The notes: generated by a model from the sequence alone, not told the origin. A stretch of DNA of 64,000 bases from an uncultured Acidimicrobiaceae bacterium (GCA_963849155.1 CAWKGL010000003.1:32123-96122); one strand, 5' to 3'. Shown: positions 39,355 through 47,861, counted from the stretch's first letter. Program-made: numbers and translations.

Positions 39355-39880
39355 CGTGGTCCCCTATCGCCCCGACGAAATCCTTGCGGCCCTCGAGCGA
39401 CACCAGGTTCTTTACGTCGTCATCGGTGGACTCGCCGCCGAACTGCGCGGGTCTCCCTACGTCACTCGTGACGTCGACGTCACACCCGCACGGACCCGTG
39501 AGAATTTCACGAGGCTCGCGGCAGCGTTGAGAGAACTCGACGCCAAGCTTCGGATTCCAGACGTGGAAGAACCTTTCGCGATACGACTTGACGAGCAAAC
39601 ATTTGGGCAAGGGACCACCTGGACTTTCGTGACCAAACACGGCTATCTAGACATCGCACTTCTTCCTGACGGCACACGTGGCTACGACGACTTGCGACGA
39701 TCAGCTACTCGAGAGCAGATCACCGACACCGTGACAATCTTCGTTGCCGCACTCGCCGACGTCATTCGCTCCAAAGAAGCAGCCGGCCGCGAAAAGGATC
39801 GCGCCGTGCTCCCGATACTTCGCCAAGTCCTCGAGCGCTCACGGACGGGGGATCGTGGCGACCAAGGAGTGGCGCTCTAA
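39347..39880 (+). CDS. Nucleotidyltransferase, pol-beta superfamily (AbiEii/MenT-like, putative toxin)
   Basis: YVVIGG....RG...VTRDVDV (GG plus DxD), GYLDI, and a C-terminal SKEAAGREKD. Confidence 0.7.
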   Translation: MSDVVPYRPDEILAALERHQVLYVVIGGLAAELRGSPYVTRDVDVTPARTRENFTRLAAALRELDAKLRIPDVEEPFAIRLDEQTFGQGTTWTFVTKHGYLDIALLPDGTRGYDDLRRSATREQITDTVTIFVAALADVIRSKEAAGREKDRAVLPILRQVLERSRTGDRGDQGVAL

Positions 39881-39926
39881 CTCTCAGACGTATCCTGGTC
39901 CACCAAAGGGGACCTGGGTCACGCAG

Positions 39927-40000
39927 TGGGCGCTAGAGGACTCGAACCTCTGACCTCAGCCGTGTGAAGGCTGCGCTCTAACCAACTGAGCTAAGCGCCC
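39927..40000 (-). tRNA. tRNA-Val (anticodon CAC)
   Basis: The reverse complement reads GGGCGCT...AGCGCCC-A with D arm AGCTCAGTTGGTTAGAGC, anticodon arm CAGCC-TTCACAC-GGCTG and T arm AGAGG-TTCGAGT-CCTCT. CCA is not encoded. Confidence 0.97.
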
Positions 40001-40065
40001 GAGGTGGCAATCCTAGCCACTCCGGCGCTTCAGCCTACTTTTGGTGACCGCACTATCCTTCACCT

Positions 40066-40743
40066 GTGCCAGAGAATCCCGATTCGTCACTCGAGCCGAC
40101 GTCTCGCTTCACGGGACGCGCCAAGCGCCCTCGACGACCCTCGGCGGTACCGCGCGAGGTGATCATGGGCATCGACGACCTCGAAAAGAAGGTCACCTAC
40201 GCCGGTGGGGCGATCGCCTTGTTGCTCGCCGGCCTGTTCGTGCCCCGGCTGGTCAAGGCGACCAAGGTGACGGTCACGGCCACGCCCGGTAAACACCACG
40301 CCTGTAAGGCCGGCTACCATTTCGCCGCCTCGCTCTGTGAGAAGACCCACCTCGCCCAGCCCTCGACCTACTGGCCACAGTTCCTCGAGATCCTGATCAT
40401 CGGGGGCATCATGATGATCTTCGCCGTCAAGGCCAAACGCGCGGGTGTGGCCATGTGCGCCCTGTTGCTGGGCCTCGCCCTCGGCACGGTCGGGTTCCCG
40501 TTCATCCTGCTCGCCGCCTGGTTGATCGTGCGCGCGTTCCGACTCCAGAAATACGGCGACGCGACCTTCGCGGGCTCGGGTAAGCGGGCTCGCGAAATGG
40601 CCCAGGCCAAGAAGGAAGGGCGTGCCTATGCCCCGCCCGGCTCTCCCAAGACGGCGAGCGCGTCGGTGCCGCGAACCGCCAACCCTCCCGAAGCGTCCAA
40701 GCGCTACACGCCCAAGAAGCGTGCGCGCACCAAGAAGAGGTAA
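40066..40743 (+). CDS. Hypothetical membrane protein (about 3-4 TM, basic C-terminal tail)
   Basis: Hydrophobic segments and host-like codon usage; TATCCT lies 6 nt before GTG 40066. Confidence 0.7.
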   Translation: MPENPDSSLEPTSRFTGRAKRPRRPSAVPREVIMGIDDLEKKVTYAGGAIALLLAGLFVPRLVKATKVTVTATPGKHHACKAGYHFAASLCEKTHLAQPSTYWPQFLEILIIGGIMMIFAVKAKRAGVAMCALLLGLALGTVGFPFILLAAWLIVRAFRLQKYGDATFAGSGKRAREMAQAKKEGRAYAPPGSPKTASASVPRTANPPEASKRYTPKKRARTKKR

Positions 40744-40746
40744 TCG

Positions 40747-41484
40747 GTGGCGCGACTAGGCCTGGACTACCCGACCAAATGGGGCCGCAGCTACAGCGCA
40801 CGCTTCGTGCGCCACGTGTACCAGAGCTGCTTCCTGGTCCCCTACGCGAAGTACCTGTCAACGCTCGAGGTGCGCGGTACCGAGAACATCGCCGGATCCG
40901 GCCCGTTCATCTTCGCGGCCAACCACACGAGCAACCTCGACACGCCCCTGGTCTTGAGCGCCCTGCCGCTCGAACAACGCAACCGCACGGTCGTGGCGGC
41001 CGCGATGGACAACTTCTTCATGCGACCGCTGATCGCGTTCCATACGGTGTTGTTCTATAACGGCATCCCGATCGACCGGCACCGCGTGAACCGGCGCAGC
41101 GCCCAACAAGCCCTCGAACTGGTCGAGGACCATTGGAATTTGCTCATCTACCCCGAAGGCGGGCGCAGCACCAGCGGCGACATCCAGGAGTTCAAGGGTG
41201 GCGCCGCGTATCTCGCCGACCGCTCCAAGGCCGTGGTGATCCCCACCTACGTCCACGGCGCGGGCTACCTGCGCGCGCGCAAGTACGCCAAGGCGCCGGT
41301 GTTCACCGAGTCGCCCCCCGAGCGCCGACACCACGTCATCGTTGCCTTCGGACCCGCGTTACGCGTGGACGAGGGCGAGAACCTGCGACGCTTCAGTGCC
41401 CGAATCGAGAACGCGGTCATCGCACTCGGGCGCGAGGTGAGTGGCGACCCGCACTACGGGTCGCGCGAGGTCACGAGCGAATAG
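40747..41484 (+). CDS. Lysophospholipid acyltransferase (PlsC family)
   Basis: ANHTSNLD (HxxxxD) and IYPEGGRS. Confidence 0.88.
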   Translation: MARLGLDYPTKWGRSYSARFVRHVYQSCFLVPYAKYLSTLEVRGTENIAGSGPFIFAANHTSNLDTPLVLSALPLEQRNRTVVAAAMDNFFMRPLIAFHTVLFYNGIPIDRHRVNRRSAQQALELVEDHWNLLIYPEGGRSTSGDIQEFKGGAAYLADRSKAVVIPTYVHGAGYLRARKYAKAPVFTESPPERRHHVIVAFGPALRVDEGENLRRFSARIENAVIALGREVSGDPHYGSREVTSE

Positions 41485-42148
41485 CCCGGCACCGCTGCTC
41501 GTAGAGCAGGTCCGCGACGGACTCGAGGGGTTCGAGTTCGTAACCGAGCACCGAGGCGAGAATCGCGTCGGCGAACCAGGGGTTTTGTGCGAGTACCGGA
41601 CCGTGGGCGTAAGTCGCCCAGATCGTGTCGACGCGGTAACCGTCGTTCAGTCCGTCGTTTCCCTTTCCGTGTTCGACGCGACCGAGCGGCGCCACGCCGG
41701 CACCGAGCGTCGTGCGACCCCCGTGGTTCTCGAAGCCGACCAGCAGACGCGAGCCCACCCGCACGCGAAGTTCGCCCACTGAGCGCGTGGTCCCTCGCGT
41801 GGTCGTCACGTCGCAGAGTCCCAGGCCGGCGTACTGGTCGTCTCCCTCGACGCTGAAACTCGTGCCGAGGATCTGCAGACCCGCACAGACCGCCACCACG
41901 GTCGCACCGTTAGCCACGCGCTCGGCCAGTGACGTGCGCGCCAACACGTCGCGGGCGAGCCGTTGGGGACCGTCCTCTCCCCCACCGAGCAGGTAGATCG
42001 ACGCGTCGGGCAGGGCGTCGTGAAGACGCATGGCGCTCAGTACCGCCTCTTCGCCGCGCGCGCGGGCGCGCTGGGCGAGCACCACGGCGTTGCCCGCGTC
42101 GCCGTAGGTTCCGAGCAGGTCGGGCAGGATGTTCACGATCCTCAGCAC
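41471..42148 (-). CDS. gatD: Glutamine amidotransferase GatD (CobQ-like)
   Basis: LLGTYGDAGNA, LGGGED, VCAGLQILG, GFENHGG and TYAHGPVLAQNP; overlaps the murT stop. Confidence 0.9.
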   Translation of the reverse strand: MLRIVNILPDLLGTYGDAGNAVVLAQRARARGEEAVLSAMRLHDALPDASIYLLGGGEDGPQRLARDVLARTSLAERVANGATVVAVCAGLQILGTSFSVEGDDQYAGLGLCDVTTTRGTTRSVGELRVRVGSRLLVGFENHGGRTTLGAGVAPLGRVEHGKGNDGLNDGYRVDTIWATYAHGPVLAQNPWFADAILASVLGYELEPLESVADLLYEQRCRAIRS

Positions 42149-43356
42149 GGCACCGTCCTCGCGAGCCACTCGGAAAAGGCGGTGTAGTTCGCGATGAGCG
42201 GCACCGACTGCGCGTCCTCGGGTAACGCCTGCACGTCGTCAACCACGCGGTAGCTCACCTCGGCGTAGTGAAGCCTCGTCGCGAGGTCGAGGCGCCGGTC
42301 CCCGAGGCACCACACGAGGTGTCCGCGCAATTTCTCGAAGGGGACGTCGTAGAGCCACGAGGGGTCGTGACCGTCGGCGACTCGGGCGTTGATCGCGATC
42401 CACACGTCGCTCGCGTCGGGCTCGAGCGCGGACAACAAGGCGTCAAAACCCGCCGGGTTCTTCGCGAGCAGGAGACGCACCGTGCGTCCGCTCCAGCGTC
42501 GCAACGTGAAGCGACCCGCCACCGCCGCCACGTCGCTCATGCGCGCCAGGGCGACCACTGCGTCTTCGCCCACCTCGACGAGCGCGGTGAGCGCCATCGC
42601 GGCGTTCGCCTCGTTGAAGGCGCCGGGCAGCGCGAGCCTCATCTCGTGGCGCGTGCCCGCGATCACCAGACCGTCGACCAATGACGTTGTGACGACGGTG
42701 GGCTTGGCGAAACCGCACGAGCATCGCCACGTTCCACCGACGTGTTCGAGAGCGAGCGTGCACTGAGGGCACGAGCGCGCGTCGTCGAGCCAGGGCGTTG
42801 GCACGTCGCACCAACGGACGTTCGAGGCGTCGCTCGCCGCCCAGACCACGAGAGGATCGTTCGCGTTGGCCACGACCACGAGTTCGTCGTGACGAGCGAG
42901 CGCGTGGCGCCACCGGTCGGCCAATTTGCGAACCTCGTTGGCCCGATCGAGTTGGTCGCGCGAGAGGTTGAGTAACACCACCACCCTTGCCCCGACTTGC
43001 TCGAGGACCGAGCCCAGCCACGCCTCGTCCACCTCGAGCACGACGCGCGAGGACCGAGAACCCGCGAGGGCGGCCACGTGGCCTGGAGGCATGTTCGAGC
43101 CCGTCTCGTTGGTCACGACGTCACCCCCCCAACCAGCCGCGACGAGGGCGGTGGTCGTGGTCTTGCCGTTGGTCCCGCTCACCAGGATCGTCGAACGGCC
43201 TCGGGCGAGTGACGCGAGTAAATCGGGCGACAGGGCCAGTCCGAGCCGGCCCCCCGCTACCGTGCCCGCTCCGCGCTTGGCGGCCCGTGAAGCCCAATTC
43301 AGGCCCCGTAGGGCGGCGATAGCGACCCGATCGCGCAGTGAGGGGCCTTTGCTCAT
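42142..43356 (-). CDS. murT: MurT (Mur ligase family, DUF1727), lipid II isoglutamyl synthase subunit
   Basis: VSGTNGKTTTT, VLEVDE, LNLSRDQLDR, CPQC...WRCSCG zinc knuckle, LAKNPAG and DGHDPSWLYDV. Confidence 0.9.
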   Translation of the reverse strand: MSKGPSLRDRVAIAALRGLNWASRAAKRGAGTVAGGRLGLALSPDLLASLARGRSTILVSGTNGKTTTTALVAAGWGGDVVTNETGSNMPPGHVAALAGSRSSRVVLEVDEAWLGSVLEQVGARVVVLLNLSRDQLDRANEVRKLADRWRHALARHDELVVVANANDPLVVWAASDASNVRWCDVPTPWLDDARSCPQCTLALEHVGGTWRCSCGFAKPTVVTTSLVDGLVIAGTRHEMRLALPGAFNEANAAMALTALVEVGEDAVVALARMSDVAAVAGRFTLRRWSGRTVRLLLAKNPAGFDALLSALEPDASDVWIAINARVADGHDPSWLYDVPFEKLRGHLVWCLGDRRLDLATRLHYAEVSYRVVDDVQALPEDAQSVPLIANYTAFSEWLARTVPC

Positions 43357-43376
43357 AAGGTCACGCTAACAACCCG

Positions 43377-43419
43377 AAAAACACAAAAGGGCCAACCGGG
43401 GGGGTGGTTGGCCCTTTTG
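43377..43419 (-). terminator. Intrinsic terminator (second 6C hairpin plus U-tract)
   Basis: Perfect inverted repeat at 43384-43397 / 43406-43419, followed on the minus strand by TGTTTTT. Confidence 0.85.
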
Positions 43420-43465
43420 CAAAACCTCTGCCGTACCCAGAGGGGGGACTTGGCTACAGCAGGCT
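43377..43465 (-). ncRNA. 6C-type small RNA (two stem-loops with C-rich loops)
   Basis: Minus strand: stem CTGCTGTAGCCA/TGGGTACGGCAG around AGTCCCCCCTC, then a perfect 14-bp stem CAAAAGGGCCAACC/GGTTGGCCCTTTTG around ACCCCCCC, then TGTTTTT. It has its own -35/-10 and no ORF. Confidence 0.78.
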
Positions 43466-43471
43466 GGAACC

Positions 43472-43500
43472 AGTATGACCGGCGACGGTCTATCAATCAA
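43472..43500 (-). promoter_or_regulatory. Sigma70-type promoter of the small RNA
   Basis: TTGATT (43500-43495), a 17-nt spacer, then CATACT (43477-43472); predicted +1 near 43465. Confidence 0.7.
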
Positions 43501-43537
43501 GTGGATATTGGTGATATTTATTATCTATATGATTGAT
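43492..43537. promoter_or_regulatory. Two LysR-family boxes (ATC-N9-GAT)
   Basis: ATC-AATCAAGTG-GAT (43492-43506) and ATC-TATATGATT-GAT (43523-43537) both fit T-N11-A; their centres are 31 bp apart. Confidence 0.72.
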
Positions 43538-43539
43538 AC

Positions 43540-44478
43540 ATGGAGATTCGCCAGTTAGAGGCCCTCGTCGCCATCGCCGACCACGGCAGTTTCTCGAGCG
43601 CCGCCGAGGCCCTCGGCACGGTCCAGTCCAACATCTCGAACCGCATCGCTCGACTCGAGAACGAGCTCGCCACCGAGTTGATCGAGCGAGCGAGCGGAGC
43701 CCTGACCGAGTCGGGCGCGGTCACCGTCGAGCGAGCCCGTCGGGTGCTCAGCGAAGTCGCCGCGATCACCTCGGACGTCTCTGAACTCAACGCGGACATC
43801 CGCGGCAACGTGTCGCTCGGCATGATCGGCACGGCGGGTCGCTGGATCGTGCCGTTGTTGCTCGAGGCCCAGCGGGCCACCTACCCCCACATCGCACTTC
43901 GTATCACCGAGGGGACCAACTCGGTCATCGAGCCGCAATTGGTGAACGGCCAACTCGACATCGCGGTGCTCGCCTGGCCCGTGCTCGCGCCCGAACTCAC
44001 CGAGATCGACTTGTTCAGCGAGGACCTGGTGTTGATCGTGGCCAAGGAGCATCCCCTCGCGTCACTCCCCTCGGTGAGTTTCGCGACGCTCGCCAACTAC
44101 GAGTTGCTGCTGCCCTTTCCCGGCACGCCGATCCGACGTGAGATTGACGATTCGGCGCGCGCCCAAGGGGTCGAGCTCAAACCCGTCATCGAACTCGACG
44201 GGCTGCGCACGATCGCCTCGATGACCTTCGACGGGCACGGACCGTCGATCCTTCCCGCCACGATGCTGTCGCACCACCTGCGCGAGCGATTCGTCGCGGT
44301 GCCGATCGAACACATCGCCCAGCGCCGCGTCAGTCTGGTGAGTCGTCGATTCGGTTTTCCAGCCGCGCCGGTGCGCGCGATCCACGCCTTGCTCATCGAC
44401 GTCGTCAAGTCCGCCGTCGCGGCGCCCAAGGGCGTCTTCATCGCAACCGACCCTCCGAGCGCCACCGTGGCGCCGTGA
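43540..44478 (+). CDS. LysR family transcriptional regulator
   Basis: N-terminal wHTH (MEIRQLEALVAIADHGSFSSAAEAL...SNRIARLE) and a substrate-binding domain; the protein has no cysteines. Confidence 0.95.
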   Translation: MEIRQLEALVAIADHGSFSSAAEALGTVQSNISNRIARLENELATELIERASGALTESGAVTVERARRVLSEVAAITSDVSELNADIRGNVSLGMIGTAGRWIVPLLLEAQRATYPHIALRITEGTNSVIEPQLVNGQLDIAVLAWPVLAPELTEIDLFSEDLVLIVAKEHPLASLPSVSFATLANYELLLPFPGTPIRREIDDSARAQGVELKPVIELDGLRTIASMTFDGHGPSILPATMLSHHLRERFVAVPIEHIAQRRVSLVSRRFGFPAAPVRAIHALLIDVVKSAVAAPKGVFIATDPPSATVAP

Positions 44479-45098
44479 GTCTCTCGCGCCGGGACGTCGC
44501 GCGGCACATCGTGCGCCGCGACAAGGCGTTTCGCGACGTCGTGGCGCGCGCCGGACTCCCCCCGGCACGACGACGTGCTCGCGTGGACGAGCGCTTCGCC
44601 TATCTCGTTCGTTCCATCGTCTTCCAACTACTCGCCACGTCAGCCGCTGACACGATCCACGCCCGCGTCGTGGACGCCTGCGGGGGCTCGATCGACGTGG
44701 ATTCGATCTTGGAGACCGGCGCGGTCACCTTGAAGTCAGCGGGACTCTCGCGCACGAAGGCCGAGGCGATGATCGACCTCGCCGAGCACGTCCACGACGG
44801 AAGGGTGAGGATCACCCGTCACGGCTTCATGAGCGACGACGAGGTCCTCGCCGAGGTCACCGCCGTTCGCGGCATCGGCCCCTGGACCGCCCACATGTAC
44901 CTCATGCACACCCTGGGCCGCCCAGACGTGTGGCCCGTGGGTGATTACGGCGTGCGAAACGGGTGGAGCATCGTGCACGACCTTGACGACACCATCAGCG
45001 AACGAGACCTCACGGTCCTGGGAGACCGGTTCGCGGGCGTGCGCAGCGAGGTCGCCTGGTACTGCTGGCAGGCCGTCCACTTCTCGCGCGCCCGGTAA
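44475..45098 (+). CDS. alkA: DNA-3-methyladenine glycosylase II (AlkA, HhH-GPD family)
   Basis: LVRSIVFQ, GLSRTKA and RGIGPWTA.MYLM..LGRPDVWPVGD. Confidence 0.85.
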   Translation: MSLSRRDVARHIVRRDKAFRDVVARAGLPPARRRARVDERFAYLVRSIVFQLLATSAADTIHARVVDACGGSIDVDSILETGAVTLKSAGLSRTKAEAMIDLAEHVHDGRVRITRHGFMSDDEVLAEVTAVRGIGPWTAHMYLMHTLGRPDVWPVGDYGVRNGWSIVHDLDDTISERDLTVLGDRFAGVRSEVAWYCWQAVHFSRAR

Positions 45099-45108
45099 CC
45101 TCGGAGTC

Positions 45109-46509
45109 GTGACTGAGCTCACCCTCGAGGACTTCGAACGCGAGGCGCTCGCGACGCTCACGACCTATGGGGGCATTGCCTGCCTCTCGCCCATGTTCGA
45201 CGCGCAGTGGGCGACGAACGGCCACCTAGAAGAGGCCGTCCAACTCCTCGCCACCTGGGCCCGCACGCGAACCCTCGCCTCCTTCGAGGTCGACGTTCAT
45301 CGACTCGAGGGTCGCACGCCCGTGCTGGTGGTGAGCGTCGAAGCAACGGCGCCCACGACGGGCACCGTCGTGCTCTACGGGCACCTCGACAAGCAACCCC
45401 CACTCGGGGACTGGTCCGAGGGGCTCTCGCCGTTCGCACCGGTGCGCCGTGGGGACCGGATCTACGCGCGCGGGCTCGCCGACGACGGGTACTCGACCTT
45501 CTCGGCCCTCCTCGCCCTCGAGTCGCTCGAGGCCCAGGCCATACCCCACGCCCGCTGCGTCGTCTTGATCGAAGCGAGTGAGGAGAGTGGCAGCTCGGAC
45601 CTCGAGTACCACCTGGACGCGCTAGGCGATCATCTGGGCGACGTGGAGTTGATGGTGTGTCTCGATTCGGGAGCACTCACCTACGACCGGCTCTGGGTGA
45701 CGACGTCGCTTCGCGGCGTGCTGATCGCCCAGGTCCGGGTCGACGTACTCGAACGCGGCGTCCACAGCGGTTCGGCGAGCGGCGTGGTGCCGTCGTCGTT
45801 TCGGGTGTTGCGCCAGTTGCTCGATCGCCTCGAGGACGCGGCGACGGGCGAGGTACTGCTCGAGGAACTACGCGCACCGATCCCCGACGAGCACCGGCGC
45901 GCGGCGAGTGACCTCGCTGACGAATTCGGCGAGATCGTCGCCGACGATCTGCCCACCCTCGAGGGCGTCCAGGTGATGGGCGACTCCGCGGCCGAGCGCA
46001 TCCTGCGACGCACGTGGTGGCCGACCCTGTCGGTCACCGGCATGGGTGGTATCCCCGAACCCGAGATCGCCGGCAACGTCCTTCGGCCCTACACGAGCGC
46101 CGTGCTGTCGCTGCGTCTTCCTCCCACCGTTGACGCGCAGGTCGCGAGCGACGCGATTGAACGGGTCCTTCGCGCCGATCCCCCGTCGGGGGCCCGGGTC
46201 AGCGTGAGCATCGAGGGAGCCAGCGGCTGGGTCGCGCCGCCACTCGAGCCCTGGCTTGCCACGGCGCTCGACGACGCGTCAACGAGCGCCTTCGGACGAG
46301 CGCCGGGTTTCACCGGCGAGGGGGGTTCGATTCCGTTCCTCGGATCGCTCGCCACGCGTTATCCGGGCGTGCAGTTCGTCGCCACCGGCGTGCTCGGTCC
46401 CGATTCGAACGCCCACGGGATCGACGAGATGCTCGACCTACCAATGACCGTGCGAGTCACGAACGCGGTCGCTACGGTGATAGGTGCGCACGCGAAGAGA
46501 GAGGTGTGA
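45109..46509 (+). CDS. M20/M25/M40 family metallopeptidase (DapE/ArgE-like)
   Basis: YGHLDKQP, RGLADDG, EASEESGS, GVHSG, GEGGSIPF and SNAHG. Confidence 0.9.
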   Translation: MTELTLEDFEREALATLTTYGGIACLSPMFDAQWATNGHLEEAVQLLATWARTRTLASFEVDVHRLEGRTPVLVVSVEATAPTTGTVVLYGHLDKQPPLGDWSEGLSPFAPVRRGDRIYARGLADDGYSTFSALLALESLEAQAIPHARCVVLIEASEESGSSDLEYHLDALGDHLGDVELMVCLDSGALTYDRLWVTTSLRGVLIAQVRVDVLERGVHSGSASGVVPSSFRVLRQLLDRLEDAATGEVLLEELRAPIPDEHRRAASDLADEFGEIVADDLPTLEGVQVMGDSAAERILRRTWWPTLSVTGMGGIPEPEIAGNVLRPYTSAVLSLRLPPTVDAQVASDAIERVLRADPPSGARVSVSIEGASGWVAPPLEPWLATALDDASTSAFGRAPGFTGEGGSIPFLGSLATRYPGVQFVATGVLGPDSNAHGIDEMLDLPMTVRVTNAVATVIGAHAKREV

Positions 46510-47114
46510 TCATGTCCCAGCACGTCGACCTGTGGGTGGACCCGGCCTGCCCGTGGGCGTGGATCACTTCGCGCTGGATCCTCGAGGTCAAGGCCGTGCG
46601 CGACGTCGACGTCGACTTTCACGTCATGAGCCTCGCGGTTCTCAACGAGGGACGTGACCTGCCCGCCGAGTACTTGCAGTTCCTCGAGCACGCGTGGGGA
46701 CCGGTGCGAGTGCTCATCGCCGCCGAACAACGCCACGGTAACGAAGTCGTCGAACCGCTCTACTCGGCCATGGGTACGCGCATTCACCTGCGCGCGCAAG
46801 AGGACACCGACCAGGTCATTAGCGAGTCCCTCGCCGAGCTCGGACTCGAGGACGATCTCGCCCGCGCAGCCGGCACCGACGAATTCGACGAGGCCCTTCG
46901 CAAGAGCCACCACGCGGGCATGGACCCGGTGGGCTACGAGGTGGGCACGCCGGTGATCCACGTCGGCGAGGCCGCGATCTTCGGGCCCGTCGTCACGCCC
47001 GCGCCCAAGGGCGAAGCCGCGGGCCGACTCTTTGACGGCGTGCTGCTGGTCGCGAGCACGCCAGGCTTTTACGAATTGAAGCGCTCACGAACACAAGGAC
47101 CAATCTTCGAATGA
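46506..47114 (+). CDS. DsbA/thioredoxin-fold protein (Rv2466c-like)
   Basis: WVDPACPWAWITSRW, WGPVRV, VGYEVGTPVI and FYELKRSRT. Only one Cys is present in the CxxC position. Confidence 0.8.
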   Translation: MIMSQHVDLWVDPACPWAWITSRWILEVKAVRDVDVDFHVMSLAVLNEGRDLPAEYLQFLEHAWGPVRVLIAAEQRHGNEVVEPLYSAMGTRIHLRAQEDTDQVISESLAELGLEDDLARAAGTDEFDEALRKSHHAGMDPVGYEVGTPVIHVGEAAIFGPVVTPAPKGEAAGRLFDGVLLVASTPGFYELKRSRTQGPIFE

Positions 47115-47815
47115 TCACCAGACTCGTACTCGAAAACGGAACCCCCGTCCAGATCGCCGGTGAACCCACCGCGGCGCGCGCGATCATCGTCGTCCAAGAG
47201 GCGTTCGGGGTGAACGACCATATCCGCGACGTCGCCGAGCGCTTCGCCGCCCAGGGCTACTACGCGGTCGCGCCGGAGTTCTTTCATCGCAGTGGCTCAC
47301 CCGAGGTCGCCTACGACGACTTTCCCGCCGCGATGGCCCCCATGGGCGAGTTGAACAAAGAGGGCCTCACCGACGACCTCCTGGGTACCTCGGCCTTCCT
47401 CGTCGAGGCGGGTTACCCCGCGAGCGCGACGGCGGTCGTGGGCTACTGCATGGGTGGCACCGTCGCCTTCTACGCCTCGACCCTCGGCATCGTGGGAGCC
47501 GCCGCGAGCTTCTACGGCGGCGGTGTCGAGACGGGTCGCTTCGGTCTTGCGCCGCTGCTCGAACTCGCGAGCGAACTCAAGAGCGCTTGGATCGGCCTCT
47601 ACGGCGATCTCGACAAGGGTATCCCGGTCGAGCAGGTCGAAGCCCTGCGTCGCGCGGTCGCCGCCACGTCGTACCCGACCGAGGTACACCGCTACGCCGA
47701 CGCCGAACACGGATTCAGTTGCGACGCGCGCGTCGCGGTCTACAACGAGGCGGCCGCCAAGGACGCGACCGCTCAGACACTGCGCTTCTTCAACGAAAAC
47801 CTGGGCGTCAAGTAA
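47111..47815 (+). CDS. Dienelactone hydrolase family protein
   Basis: IVVQEAFGVNDHIRDV, GYCMGG, YGDLD and HGF. Confidence 0.9.
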   Translation: MITRLVLENGTPVQIAGEPTAARAIIVVQEAFGVNDHIRDVAERFAAQGYYAVAPEFFHRSGSPEVAYDDFPAAMAPMGELNKEGLTDDLLGTSAFLVEAGYPASATAVVGYCMGGTVAFYASTLGIVGAAASFYGGGVETGRFGLAPLLELASELKSAWIGLYGDLDKGIPVEQVEALRRAVAATSYPTEVHRYADAEHGFSCDARVAVYNEAAAKDATAQTLRFFNENLGVK

Positions 47816-47861
47816 CGCCACGGCGCCTGTTCAACGCTACCCGCACCGAGCAGCGAACTTA

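Noticed and set aside
38491-39930. Possible attL/attR pair (GGACCAACGGGGAAGGTC near 38503 versus CACCAAAGGGGACCTGGGTC near 39901)
   Set aside because: The similarity is loose, does not match the tRNA 3' end, and no integrase is present.
43540-44478. LysR protein as OxyR
   Set aside because: The protein has no cysteine residues, so the peroxide-sensing thiol is absent.
46506-47114. DsbA-fold neighbour as the disulfide catalyst for the giant protein
   Set aside because: It has no signal peptide or TM and only one active-site Cys, and it resembles cytoplasmic Rv2466c-type proteins.
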